Positions 47,254-57,770 of a stretch of DNA of 64,000 bases are shown here, piece after piece (positions within the stretch are counted from its first letter, which is position 1; the number at the start of each line of letters is the position of its first letter). A model generated the notes under the pieces. That model was given only the letters and a program-made list of their open reading frames with translations, did not search any database and was not told where the DNA came from. The position numbers and the translations under genes were made by a program. Source of the DNA: Alphaproteobacteria bacterium (lineage in GTDB: Bacteria > Pseudomonadota > Alphaproteobacteria > Bin95); assembly GCA_964291285.2 (NCBI GenBank), contig OZ219787.1, forward strand, positions 320,001 through 384,000, given 5' to 3'.

Positions 47254-47889
47254 TCATCCCTGCGGGAGCTTGTCGACGGACGTCTCGCCCGTTTCGGGAT
47301 TGTATGTAATGGCAACGGCTCCATCCAGCTCCGGGCCGCTCAACGCCCGGCGCGCGAATACCGGCATATTCGTCCCCTCATGCCGGGCGGATGGAACGAC
47401 AAGCCCGTCCACGCCCCGTTCCCTTGCTTCCGCGCCCAGCCGGTTGCAGAACGAATAATCGCTGTCATGCACCAGATCCGGCCAGTCCGGCACCTTGGGC
47501 CGCAGGTCTTTCTCAAGGCCCTCGAACGTGCAGCGGAAGCCTTGATAAAACGCCGTGCGATTGCCTGGCGGTTTCCCGGCATAGTCCTTTTGGAACCAGT
47601 AGGCCATTTCCGCATTTGCAGTCTCCGCCGCCAATGCACTGTAAAACACCGGAAATGAGCCATCGGAAAACCGGGTCTTGCGCCGCAATTTGGCGCTCGG
47701 ACGAAATGGACCGTCAAGAAGCTCGTCAATCGGGTTCCGGGGAACTCTCCCGGACAGCAGGTCCAGCAATTCCTCGCGGGCCGCATCGTCTAGATTCAAC
47801 TCGGCAAGGAATTGTTCGTCGTGCACCGGTACCCTCGACAACCGGAATACAATGCGCCGGTTTCTTTCGCCCGGAATGTCCTCAAGCAC
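47254..47889 (-). CDS. RES domain toxin (putative NAD+-degrading or ADP-ribosylating)
   Basis: TRFSDGSFPVFY (R), TANAE (E), GLVVPSARH (S); its GTG start overlaps the antitoxin stop. Confidence 0.82.
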   Translation of the reverse strand: MLEDIPGERNRRIVFRLSRVPVHDEQFLAELNLDDAAREELLDLLSGRVPRNPIDELLDGPFRPSAKLRRKTRFSDGSFPVFYSALAAETANAEMAYWFQKDYAGKPPGNRTAFYQGFRCTFEGLEKDLRPKVPDWPDLVHDSDYSFCNRLGAEARERGVDGLVVPSARHEGTNMPVFARRALSGPELDGAVAITYNPETGETSVDKLPQG

Positions 47890-48502
47890 TACCGGACTCC
47901 GGCCGCGGCCTCGACATAGTCCCGCGCCAGCAAGAGATCCTCCATGGAACCCTCAAGCATCAGGGACAGGGGCGACGCGTCGTTCAGCATCGAGTGCCGC
48001 TCCCGCAACCATTCGTTTTCCGTATCCAGATCGCGGAACAGCGCCCATAAGGTCCTGCGAATAACAAAAAGACAGGCAATTCTGTCCCGGACATCCCGCC
48101 CGTGAAGTTGCCGTCGGCCATCCAGAACAGCAGCGCCATACTCGAAGTCCGCCGGGTCGAACCCGAGAAGCCGAACGGCATCCGGCCTGTCGAGCCGCCA
48201 TGCTTCCATCAACCTCTGGACGAATTGGACAGGGCCGGTCGGCCTCCCGGCCGTCTCGCCCGGATTGCCCTGCGCGTGTTGGAATGTTCCTTCGCCCGCT
48301 ATCGGGCCGATCAGCCCGCGAAGCCGCTTGTCGATTGCAGGGACCGCAGTTTCGGAGCGGGCCTGCTGGACCCATCTCATAAACTGCGAATGGCCCTCCC
48401 GATCGATTCGAAGGTGCCCGTTTCCACTAACTTTGAGCTTTTCAAGGATCGCTCCGGGAAGATTGGCGAGACTACCCGCCTCTCCGGCTTTCGCAGTCGC
48501 GT

Positions 48503-48509
<7 letters not shown>
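47889..48509 (-). CDS. Xre/MbcA/ParS-type antitoxin with an N-terminal extension
   Basis: HTH-like RLMEAWRLDRPDAVRLLG; C-terminal WLRE.H..L...SPL.LM..G...L...RDYV signature; directly upstream of the RES gene. Confidence 0.78.
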
Positions 48510-49099
<590 letters not shown>

Positions 49100-49263
49100 C
49101 GCATGCCTCCGGCTATGCTGGCGTCACCGTAATGAACCCCTGACACCGAATGTGGTTCAGTCCAGGCCTTGTGTCCAGCAAACCGCACCTTTCTATTGGA
49201 CAGAGGCAACGGCTCGACAATCCGGCGGGTCGCGGCGTTTCAGGGCTCTCAAGCGAAAGCGCC

Positions 49264-50538
49264 CTAACAGCCGAGGCCCTGGGACATCTGGGCATAGCTG
49301 GTGAGAGGGACCGCGCACATCCGGCTCCAGTCCGCCTTGTCGATGACCGGCCGGTTCACCAGTTCGATCATGTCGTCGAATTTGCTGAGCGCGGCGCAAT
49401 CGACCAGCCCGGGGTCCGCCGCCTTGCGGTATTGCGGCCAGGCGCAGTCTCGGGCATGGCGCCAGAAGCTGCTGTCGTATCTGGAGCCGCAGGAATAGTG
49501 CCAGCCCACGAACAGGCCGTAGCAGAGCATGTTGTTGACGAGGAACCGGTTGACCACCGGCGCGTCCCGCCCGAGATGCTCCGGGGAGCGGTTCAGGCGC
49601 GTGTGGAGGACCATCCCGATCTGCAGCTGGGCGGACACGATCGCCGTCGCTTCGAGCGGCTCCATGAAGGCCGCCGCATTGCCGATGCGGGCCACGGCGC
49701 CGTCGTAAATCCGGCGGTGGACGAAATTGGGAAACGGAATGACCGCGCGTTGCTCGAATTCCGGCACGCCGTCGGCTTCGAGGAAGTCGTCGAAATCCGC
49801 TTCGACTTCGCCAAGGGCGGATAAATCGCGGTTGAAGATATATCCGTAGGAGGTGTGCGCGGTCAGCGGAATGATGAAGACCCAGCCATGCGGACGCGCG
49901 ACCGCGCGGGTATATGTGTGTTGCAGAACCGGCCCGTCCCGCTCGTCCTCCACGACGGGCGGACAACGGCGGATGACGGCCGTATTGGTGGGGATGAACG
50001 AAATGTCGATATGCCGGTCGGGGTGGAGTTCCCTCGGGAACCCGCGGGCATCGAAAACCAGGTCGTAGCGCTCCGGCGCCCGGCCCTCGATTTTCACCAG
50101 CGCGCCGTCCTCCACCCTCTCGATGTCGAGCACTTTCGCGTCGATGTGGCGCGCGCGCGTGCTTTCCTGCAGCAGCTCCCCCATCAGGTCGGCGGACAGA
50201 TGGTAGGCGTAGGACACCTGCTGCGGCGTGAAATAGTGGGTGAAGTCCCGGTTACGCCGGCCCCATCCTTCGAACGCGACGCCGTATTTGCGCGTTCCCT
50301 TCAGGCGCTGCCGGACGGTTTCGTGAGGCAGGTCCGTCAGTTCCTGCAATTGCCGGACCAGGCTCGGCCAACTGCCTTCGCCCACACCGATGACCGGAAT
50401 GCGCGAGTCGTATATGTGGTGCAGTTCGTGGTCGCTGTCGGGGTGCAGGCGCGTCACGCTGGCGGCTGCCAGGGACCCCGCGGTTCCCCGCCCGACAACC
50501 GCGATCTTTCGCAAGGATCTGCTGCCCGGCTGTATCAT
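49264..50538 (-). CDS. Flavin-dependent halogenase, tryptophan-halogenase family (short, possibly peptide-acting)
   Basis: VVGRGTAG FAD motif, IGVGEGS, catalytic Lys in GTRKYGVAF.GW, WVFIIP (WxWxIP variant), FMEPLEATAI. Confidence 0.85.
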   Translation of the reverse strand: MIQPGSRSLRKIAVVGRGTAGSLAAASVTRLHPDSDHELHHIYDSRIPVIGVGEGSWPSLVRQLQELTDLPHETVRQRLKGTRKYGVAFEGWGRRNRDFTHYFTPQQVSYAYHLSADLMGELLQESTRARHIDAKVLDIERVEDGALVKIEGRAPERYDLVFDARGFPRELHPDRHIDISFIPTNTAVIRRCPPVVEDERDGPVLQHTYTRAVARPHGWVFIIPLTAHTSYGYIFNRDLSALGEVEADFDDFLEADGVPEFEQRAVIPFPNFVHRRIYDGAVARIGNAAAFMEPLEATAIVSAQLQIGMVLHTRLNRSPEHLGRDAPVVNRFLVNNMLCYGLFVGWHYSCGSRYDSSFWRHARDCAWPQYRKAADPGLVDCAALSKFDDMIELVNRPVIDKADWSRMCAVPLTSYAQMSQGLGC

Positions 50539-50658
50539 CCCGCATGACTTCCACAGGTAACGGCCGGTAATCGCATCCCGGTTTGTCCGGACGAGAGGTG
50601 CGCTTGGCAGGATACCACAATCCGGGCGTCATCGCCCGTTGCGCCGCCGCGGACGGCG

Positions 50659-51861
50659 TCAGAAGCTGAACGAGAATTCCAAACCGAGGAAGCTGTCGCG
50701 GCGGCCGTCATAGGTCAGGTCCTTCGGGTCGGCGCTGAGGTTCGCAATCCCTTCCAGGCGCATCGACCAGCTGTTCGACAGACGGCGTTTCAGCTCCACA
50801 TTCAGCACACGGGTATCGTATCGGAGGTCGCCGAGGATGCCCGCCGCGAGCTCGGTGCCCTGCACATCGTTGAAGGCGAGCACGCCCATGACGAACACAT
50901 CGTTCGCCAGGGCGCTCGTGGCGCGGCCTCCGCGGCGGTCATGGTGCCATTCGGCGAGGAAGGTCAGGTCCGCCCGGGACCCGAACAGCGCTTCGAACGG
51001 GCGTTCCATGCCGAAGATGAAGGCGCCGTAGGTCTCCTCCCGGCCCCGGAGATTGCGCCCTCCGCTGCGGTGAATGGCTTCCAGCTTGTAAAGCCAGGGA
51101 TCGGTGGTGAGTTGCGCGTCGATACCGTATTGCCGGATCTGCTCGTAATACGGAATCCATGACTTGCCTTCCGCCAGAAACGAAGGCTCGCGGCTCGTTC
51201 CGGCAAATGCGCTCAGGCCGAAATCGAGCAGGCCCACGGCATTGCCGTAGCGGAACGCAAAATCCACATGGCGCTCCTCGGCGCCGCTCTCGTATCTGGC
51301 GTCATCGTCTATGAGGAAGCGCGACCGGTGCCGCCCCTTGCGCCCTGGAAAGGCGCGCTTGCGGTGGTACGGCAGCACGAAGGCTTCAGCGATTCCCCAA
51401 CCGCCGGAAACGGTCAGGTGCGCCATCGGCTGGCCCAGCTTGGGCCGGTCGCGCGGGTGCTCGATCAGGTCCGGCTGGTTCACGATATCGACGAGGTTGT
51501 GGAGTTCGGCCACGCCCCAGAAGACGCTGTCGAGGCCCAGCCGAAGCTCCCATGAATCCTCGCCCCACTCTCCGAAGGTCAACAGGTAGGCTTCGCGCAG
51601 GTCGCCGTGGGTGCGCTCCGGGTCGGCGCTGTCGAAGCGGTAGAACGGGGTAAAGGTGAAGCCGGTCCCCGGTCCGACCTCAGCATAGAGCGTCGGCTCG
51701 ACGACCAGCCCGCCGGTGCCTGAACGCTGGTCCGCGAAGGCGGGCGATTCCGGGTACCATCGCGCCTGCAGGCTTATTTCGCCCGAGAGATCGAGAGTCT
51801 GCGCCTCGGCGCCGGCAGCGGCCAGAAGCAGGATGGCCGCGATTGCGCCGCCGGGCCGCAT
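50659..51861 (-). CDS. Putative outer-membrane beta-barrel protein
   Basis: Signal peptide, DLREAY and FWGVAE..NLVDIVNQ motifs, C-terminal alternating strand ending in Phe (LEFSFSF). Confidence 0.75.
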   Translation of the reverse strand: MRPGGAIAAILLLAAAGAEAQTLDLSGEISLQARWYPESPAFADQRSGTGGLVVEPTLYAEVGPGTGFTFTPFYRFDSADPERTHGDLREAYLLTFGEWGEDSWELRLGLDSVFWGVAELHNLVDIVNQPDLIEHPRDRPKLGQPMAHLTVSGGWGIAEAFVLPYHRKRAFPGRKGRHRSRFLIDDDARYESGAEERHVDFAFRYGNAVGLLDFGLSAFAGTSREPSFLAEGKSWIPYYEQIRQYGIDAQLTTDPWLYKLEAIHRSGGRNLRGREETYGAFIFGMERPFEALFGSRADLTFLAEWHHDRRGGRATSALANDVFVMGVLAFNDVQGTELAAGILGDLRYDTRVLNVELKRRLSNSWSMRLEGIANLSADPKDLTYDGRRDSFLGLEFSFSF

Positions 51862-52727
51862 CAGCGCACGCGTCGAAGCGCCGGCTGGGTGAATTCGCTA
51901 TCCTGGAGATTGTTGCGGAACCGGAAATCGCTCCATTTCAGCACCGTGCTGGCACCGGTCAGGTGGTTCACCATCGTCTGTTCTCCCGCCCGCCAGTACC
52001 GGTCCAGATATTGCCGGTAGTCCGCGAGGGTGAGCGTCTTCAGGTGCGAGCCCTTCCGGTCGTAAAGTTCCATCCTCCAGATCCGAAGCTCGTCCGCGTC
52101 CTGCCATACGACCTTGCGGCTGTATCCGGAATCCGTGTCCAGAGGCACCTGCTCGGTCACCGTGCAGGCGAGTTCGCCGCAAGGCTCGTCGCGAAGATAT
52201 TTGTATGTGTATTCCTCCACCTCGGGGGAGCTCATGTCTTCGTATGAGAACTCGCTCCCCATGAACGACCCCGAACGCCGCGAAGCATTGATGCGCTTCA
52301 CCCGCTTGAGCGCCGGCAGGTAAAGCCACTGGTCGTCCCGGGTGTTGATGTGGGCGTGGGTCAGAAGGGCGGTCCCCCGCACGTCCCGCGGCTGGTCGAA
52401 CACGAACAGGCTCTTGTCGCCGTCCCCCGGGACTTCCAGCACCTTGAAACGCATCTGGCGCACGCTTTCCCGGCCGTGCCGGTCGCGGAGCACCATCGTC
52501 ATTCCGGCGGTAAAGTCCCCGAAGCCGTCATTGCGGGCGCTTGCCTCGCGCGCGATTCTGAGGCCTTTCTCCTCCGGCGTTTCTCCCTGGGCATGCGCGG
52601 GCGGCAGACAAAGGCATGCCAGCCCCATAATCAGGACTGTGAACGGAACATTCCGGGCGCCCGGGGACTCCTTCCTCCGGCCTCGGCCAACAAACCGTTT
52701 TTCGGCGGTTTCGCGGTCAGGGAACAT
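51861..52727 (-). CDS. Outer-membrane lipoprotein-sorting (LolA-like) protein
   Basis: F..P.DVRGTALL, DDQWLYLPALKRVKRI, FMGSEFSYED, YDRKG..LKT; hydrophobic signal segment; start uncertain. Confidence 0.85.
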   Translation of the reverse strand: MFPDRETAEKRFVGRGRRKESPGARNVPFTVLIMGLACLCLPPAHAQGETPEEKGLRIAREASARNDGFGDFTAGMTMVLRDRHGRESVRQMRFKVLEVPGDGDKSLFVFDQPRDVRGTALLTHAHINTRDDQWLYLPALKRVKRINASRRSGSFMGSEFSYEDMSSPEVEEYTYKYLRDEPCGELACTVTEQVPLDTDSGYSRKVVWQDADELRIWRMELYDRKGSHLKTLTLADYRQYLDRYWRAGEQTMVNHLTGASTVLKWSDFRFRNNLQDSEFTQPALRRVR

Positions 52728-52960
52728 CGGTAAGGGTTCCGTATTCGATGTCTCGCACTCTACCCCCGTTCCCCGGAGAAGGTGAAGTTCCGGACTTTCC
52801 CGGGCTCCCGGCCGACATGCGCCGGACAGAGTCTGCTGTTATCCGACGGACTTGACCTTTTCCGGCCGCGATTGCATATGATTTCCCAATCTTCGCTAAA
52901 GCTGGTTGAGATTTTCTTTGCCCCCGCCCAGTCTCTAATTGAGGAGGCTAGACCTCGGCC

Positions 52961-53512
52961 GTGTTCAATAATCCACTTAACTCATTTCACGATACCGTTG
53001 CCGAGGCAAAGGAAGAACGTGAGCAACTCGACCGGCTGCTGACGGTTTCCACGCCGCGCGAGCGGCTGCTTGTTGCGCTTGCCGCCCTGTTGCTGGTTGT
53101 CCTCGCAGCCTGGCTCTTCTTCGGCGATGTAGCTCGCAGCCTTGCGGTGGAAGGCGTGCTGACGGAGGCCGGCGAAGCCTCGCCCGGGGGCAACCGTTCC
53201 GTGCAGGCGCTCGTCTGGGTCGGGCGCGATGCCGCGCTGCATGTCAAGGCCGGGATGCCCGTGGCGGTGGAGCTGGCCGCGGCGGATGAAGACCCGGGCG
53301 TAATCGAGGGAGAGATTGCGGAATTCTCCGCCTTGCCGTTTTCCGGGGGGCTTGCGGCGCTGGAATCCTCGGCGCCGATGTCCGTATTTCGCATTGATAT
53401 TGCACTCGACGAAAGCTTCGATCTTGAGTCCCTCGCAAGCGGCCATTGCCGGATTGTCATCGAACTGGGCAGGCAATCTCTGGTCTCGTTTTTGCGAATA
53501 GGACAGTCATAA
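52961..53512 (+). CDS. Short NHLP/bacteriocin secretion accessory protein (miniature HlyD-like adaptor)
   Basis: EQLDRLL.V..PR, then a TM helix and W..FG.V....EGVL, matching the N-terminus of NHLP secretion proteins; 183 aa with no coiled-coil hairpin. Confidence 0.65.
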   Translation: MFNNPLNSFHDTVAEAKEEREQLDRLLTVSTPRERLLVALAALLLVVLAAWLFFGDVARSLAVEGVLTEAGEASPGGNRSVQALVWVGRDAALHVKAGMPVAVELAAADEDPGVIEGEIAEFSALPFSGGLAALESSAPMSVFRIDIALDESFDLESLASGHCRIVIELGRQSLVSFLRIGQS

Positions 53513-53513
53513 G

Positions 53514-55724
53514 ATGCCGCTGCGCGCCTCTAAACAGGTTAGCGACAAGGCTGCATCGGATGTCCCGCAACGAAGGATAACCACGCCAATTCTGCTGCAG
53601 ATGCACGCATCGGAATGCGGCGCCGCCTGCCTCGGCAGTATATTGGCCTATTTCGGGCGCTGGGTGCCGCTAACGGAATTACGGGAAAAATGCGAGGTGA
53701 GCCGGGACGGCAGCAGCGCGGCCGGCATCTTGCGCGCCGCCAGGCATTACGGTCTCGAATGCAGCGGCCTCAGCCTGCGCGCCGCCCAACTGCAAAAGCT
53801 GCAACTACCGTTGATTCTGTTCTGGCAATTCAGCCATTTCGTCGTCCTCGAAGGGTCCGACAGCGCCCATTTCTACCTCAATGACCCGGCCACGGGCCGG
53901 CGCCGGCTTTCCGCCGAGGAGTTCAACAGGGGCTACAGCGGAGTTGCGCTGCGCTTCAAGCGCGGCGCCGATTTCAGCCCGGGGGGCGAGCGGGCGGGCC
54001 TTTTCCGGCAACTGGACGCCTTGCTCGCCGGATCCCGGGGTGTGCTTGCCTGGGTGATTGCCTGCGGACTCATGCTGACATTGCTGGCGCTTGTGGTGCC
54101 CGCGTCTCTCAGCGTTTTTGTGGACGATGTGCTGACGAACCACGGGCCCTGGGGCGGATTGGTAACGGCCCTGCTTGGCGGCGGCCTGCTGGTATATGTC
54201 CTGTCCCTGCTCAAGCACCGGTTCCTGAAGCGGCTCGCGGTCCGGATTTCGGTAATCGGCTACAATCGGAGCGTGTCGCGGCTGCTGCGGCTGCCGGTCG
54301 AGTTTTTCGAACACCGGCTGGTAGGCGACTTGACCGACCGCGTCTCGTCCATCGACAGAATCGCGAAGAATCTGACGGACCAGTTTCTCGTGCTGATTAT
54401 CGAAATGGCGATGAGTGCGGTGCTGCTTGTCGCAATGCTGGTCTATGATTTTCGGCTCGCGCTGATTGTGTTGCTGCTGGCCGTTCTGCACGGACTCCTG
54501 GCCCGTTTTTTCAATACCGCCCGGGCGGTTCGAAGCCAGGCGATGAGACGCGAGCAGGGATTGCTGATCGGGCTCGGCATGCAGATGTTGAGTCACGCGG
54601 ACAATCTGCGCATGACGGGCGCGGACGACCGCTTCTTTTCGCGCTGGAGCGGCCAGCAGGCGCGCGAACTGCGCGCGCGCCAGCTCTATTCCGAGCTCGG
54701 CTCCGTCAACACCGCGCTTCCGGTCCTGGTCGCCGCGCTTCGCAGCGCGGCAATCCTGGGAGTCGGGGGAAGTCTGGTCCTGTCCGGGGACATGACCCTG
54801 GGGACGCTGGTCGGGTTCTATATCCTGGCGGAGATGTTCCTGACGCCTGTCGGCCGCTTTCTGGAATTCGCCGACAAGCGCCAGGCGCTCGAAACCGACC
54901 TGCAGCGGCTCGAGGACATTTCGAAAACCGCCGAAGACCCGGTTTTCAGCCGCCGAAATCCGCAATCGGACTCAATCGCCACATTCAACGGCCGGCTCCA
55001 GCTGGCCGGCCGGCTCGAACTCAAAGACGTCACCTTCGGCTTCAACAAGAGCCGGCCACCGCTGATAAAGGACTTCAACCTCGTGATCGAGCCGGGGCAG
55101 CGGGTTGCCGTGGTCGGTCCCAGCGGGTCCGGCAAGTCGACCGTGGCGCGCCTGGTTGCGGGCGTCTATCAGCCCTGGTCGGGCGAGATCCTGTTCGACG
55201 GCCATTCCCGGGACGAGATTCCCGAGGAAGTGCTGCGGCAGTCCGTTTCCATGGTGGACCAGGAAGTCGTCCTGTTCTCCGCGTCGCTGCGCGACAACAT
55301 CACCCTGTGGCACCCGGCTATTCCGGATGAAGCCGTCTTCGCGGCGACGCGGGACGCCTCTATCCATGATGAAATCCTGCTGCGGCCACAGGGATATTCG
55401 ACCCTGGTGGAGGAGGGCGGCCTGAATTTCAGCGGCGGCCAGCGGCAACGGCTGGAAATCGCCCGCGCGCTGGTGGGCAATCCGACGGTCCTCATTCTGG
55501 ACGAGGCGACCAGCGCTCTCGATGCCGCGACGGAGGAATATGTCGACGATGCCCTGCGCCGCCGCGGCGTCACCTGCCTGATCGTGGCGCACAGGCTGAG
55601 CACCGTGCGGGACTGCGATGAAATTATCGTGCTCGACAAAGGCGCCGAAGTTCAGCGCGGCACGCATGACGAGCTGATCGCGGATGAGGGCGGCGCCTAT
55701 TACAAGCTGGTCAGGTCAGGCTGA
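53514..55724 (+). CDS. NHLP/NHLM-type peptidase-containing ABC transporter (C39 + TMD + NBD)
   Basis: QMHASECGAACL (Cys), SHFVV (His), LNDPA (Asp); GPSGSGKS, FSGGQRQR, LDEATSALD. Confidence 0.9.
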   Translation: MPLRASKQVSDKAASDVPQRRITTPILLQMHASECGAACLGSILAYFGRWVPLTELREKCEVSRDGSSAAGILRAARHYGLECSGLSLRAAQLQKLQLPLILFWQFSHFVVLEGSDSAHFYLNDPATGRRRLSAEEFNRGYSGVALRFKRGADFSPGGERAGLFRQLDALLAGSRGVLAWVIACGLMLTLLALVVPASLSVFVDDVLTNHGPWGGLVTALLGGGLLVYVLSLLKHRFLKRLAVRISVIGYNRSVSRLLRLPVEFFEHRLVGDLTDRVSSIDRIAKNLTDQFLVLIIEMAMSAVLLVAMLVYDFRLALIVLLLAVLHGLLARFFNTARAVRSQAMRREQGLLIGLGMQMLSHADNLRMTGADDRFFSRWSGQQARELRARQLYSELGSVNTALPVLVAALRSAAILGVGGSLVLSGDMTLGTLVGFYILAEMFLTPVGRFLEFADKRQALETDLQRLEDISKTAEDPVFSRRNPQSDSIATFNGRLQLAGRLELKDVTFGFNKSRPPLIKDFNLVIEPGQRVAVVGPSGSGKSTVARLVAGVYQPWSGEILFDGHSRDEIPEEVLRQSVSMVDQEVVLFSASLRDNITLWHPAIPDEAVFAATRDASIHDEILLRPQGYSTLVEEGGLNFSGGQRQRLEIARALVGNPTVLILDEATSALDAATEEYVDDALRRRGVTCLIVAHRLSTVRDCDEIIVLDKGAEVQRGTHDELIADEGGAYYKLVRSG

Positions 55725-56727
55725 TGCAGGACTCGGGCCCGGAATACACATCGATTGCCGAACTCGCGGCCCGCGCCGGCATATCCGTGCCCTGCGCCGG
55801 CAACGTACCGGTGACACTCGACGACCCGGAAAGCGTCTGGTTCATCGATCGGGGCGCCGTCAATCTGTTCCTGGTCGAGCTGCGGGACGGGGTGGACCAG
55901 GCGGCGCCGCAGCATCTGCTGCGCCGGGAAGCGGGCTGGCTGCTGCCGGGCGTGGCGGCGGACGAAGGAGCCGGCGGGGGAGACACGACGCTCGCCCTGA
56001 TTGCCAAAGGATCGCCGGGCACCCTTCTGAGGCGCCTGCCGGCATCCCTGCTGTCCGAGGTCCGTCCGGCGGAGCTCGCGGAACAGACGGATACCTGGCT
56101 GACCGCCGTTACCGATTCGCTTTCACGTTTCGCAAGCCGCCTGCCGCGTCCGACGGCGCTGGCCGAGCCCGGTACGAGACGGACCCTGGCTCCCTGCATA
56201 CTGTCGGTGCGGCGCGGCGTCGTATGGGTATCCGAACCCCCGCGCGGCGCCGGCCTGTTCATGGGTATCGTGGACCACGCGGAACTTGCGGAGGCAGGCG
56301 GTCCGCACGAAGCCGTGATGCCGCTGACGCGGACAAGCTGGCTCAATTTGTTCGATGAAGCGACGCTTTCGAGCGAATCGACCGAAACGCTGGCGCAGCA
56401 GGGCATGCTGCTGCGCGCGCTCGCCTCGTTTCATGCGGTCGCTTTTGCCCTGGAACGAATCAACCGCCGACTGGCCGTGGTCGACGATGCGAACCTCGAA
56501 CGCGCACGGACCACCAGCCGCTACACGGCCGAGAAGGCCGCGCGGCAGCGGCTTTTCAATATCTATGACCTGCCGATAGACCGGGATGCCGATGTCGAGG
56601 ACACCGCTTTGGCCGATGCCCTGCAACTTGTCGGCCGTCACGAAGGAATCGATTTCAGGATTCCTGTGCGCTCGGGCCCTTCTGCTCCGCCGGTCGGGCT
56701 GATCGACGTTCTCCATGCGTCGGGTGT
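55724..56727 (+). pseudogene. Second NHLM-type ABC transporter subunit, truncated before its TMD and NBD
   Basis: LDDPESVWFIDRGAVNLF N-terminal domain typical of the second NHLM ABC subunit; family-like sequence ends at ASGV and runs into unrelated DNA to a stop at 56791. Confidence 0.7.
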
Positions 56728-56962
56728 GACGGTAAAACTCCGAACGGAGTCGAGATCGGGCGAGGTTGCCCTGCACACCACCATCGCCTGAAACGCCGGC
56801 GTCACAAGGGACGGGAGCCGTCGCGGCGATTGAGCGAGACGACCGGTCCGCGATCTTCGAGCGCGTTCCGCGTTGTCGTTCGGTGGCAGAGGTAACAGAA
56901 CGCGGCGCGGCGTGCAAACGGCGGAGGGCAGTCTTCACACATGGCGCACCGGAGCCGGCGGC

Positions 56963-57134
56963 GTTACCTCGGCGGCACGGGCGCCGCCGCACATGTTCCG
57001 CGGAGCCGAAGGACGCCGCGCACATGTTACCGCGATACAGGCGTGCCGGACGAAAGCGGGGCTGTTCAGGGTGATCGCGTGCTGCTCACACATTACCGCA
57101 GACGCAGACGGTGATGGCGCACCCGTTACCGCGG
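56963..57134 (+). repeat. Phased direct repeats with a CAC..GTTACCGC consensus
   Basis: Core copies at 56963, 56995, 57026, 57092 and 57125 (spacings 32, 31, 66, 33 bp). Confidence 0.6.
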
Positions 57135-57509
57135 CGTCAGCCGCGCGGGTGCGGTGACGGTTGCGATAGCCGTTGCGATCGGAGGCGCCGACGGCGGCGC
57201 CTGCAGGACTGCGGGCAGCGGTGCGAAGCACGGTGTCGTGCCGGTCCGGCAGCAGCGCCGGCAGTGGGCGGGTCAGCAGTGCCGGCGGCACTGCGCCGGG
57301 CCCGGCGCAGCCCGCGATGCACCCATGCGAAGCATGGTGCAGCGGCGCGTGATGCGGCAGCCCCGGATCGTCGTCCGGGGCAGGCTCCGCATGAGCGCGG
57401 CGCGAAGCGCGCGCGAGGTGTCGGCGGCGCAGCGCAACGGGTGTGCGCATACGGAAACGGACCGCGCCGCCGCCGGAGCGGAGACGACGCGGCCCGTGGG
57501 TGCTGCGTG

Positions 57510-57770
57510 TCAGGCGGGGCAGCGCATGACCGGGATGCCGAGGCTGCGGGCCTTGTCGACGAGGTTCTCGGTGATGCCGGAGCCGGGGAAGGCGATGACG
57601 CCCTTCGGCAGGAGGTTGAGCAGTTCGTCGTTGCGGCGGAAGGGTGCGGCGCGACCGTGGCGGTCCCAGTCGGGCTTGCAGACGACCTGGTGGACGCCGT
57701 TGCGCTCGGCCCAGCTTGCGGCGATCTTCTCGACGCCGGGGCCGCCGCCATGCACGAGCACGAGGTCGGG
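57510..57770 (-). pseudogene. C-terminal fragment of a DUF2493/YspA-SLOG protein typical of alphaproteobacterial ICEs and plasmids
   Basis: PDLVLVHGG.PG.E.IAA.WA, AAPFRRND, FPGSGIT.NL.DKAR..GIPV; the 5' part is replaced by foreign sequence starting at 57771. Confidence 0.75.

Noticed and set aside
56963-57134. Possible degenerate CRISPR array
   Set aside because: Repeats are about 13 bp with gaps of about 19 bp, too short and too variable, and there are no cas genes in the window.
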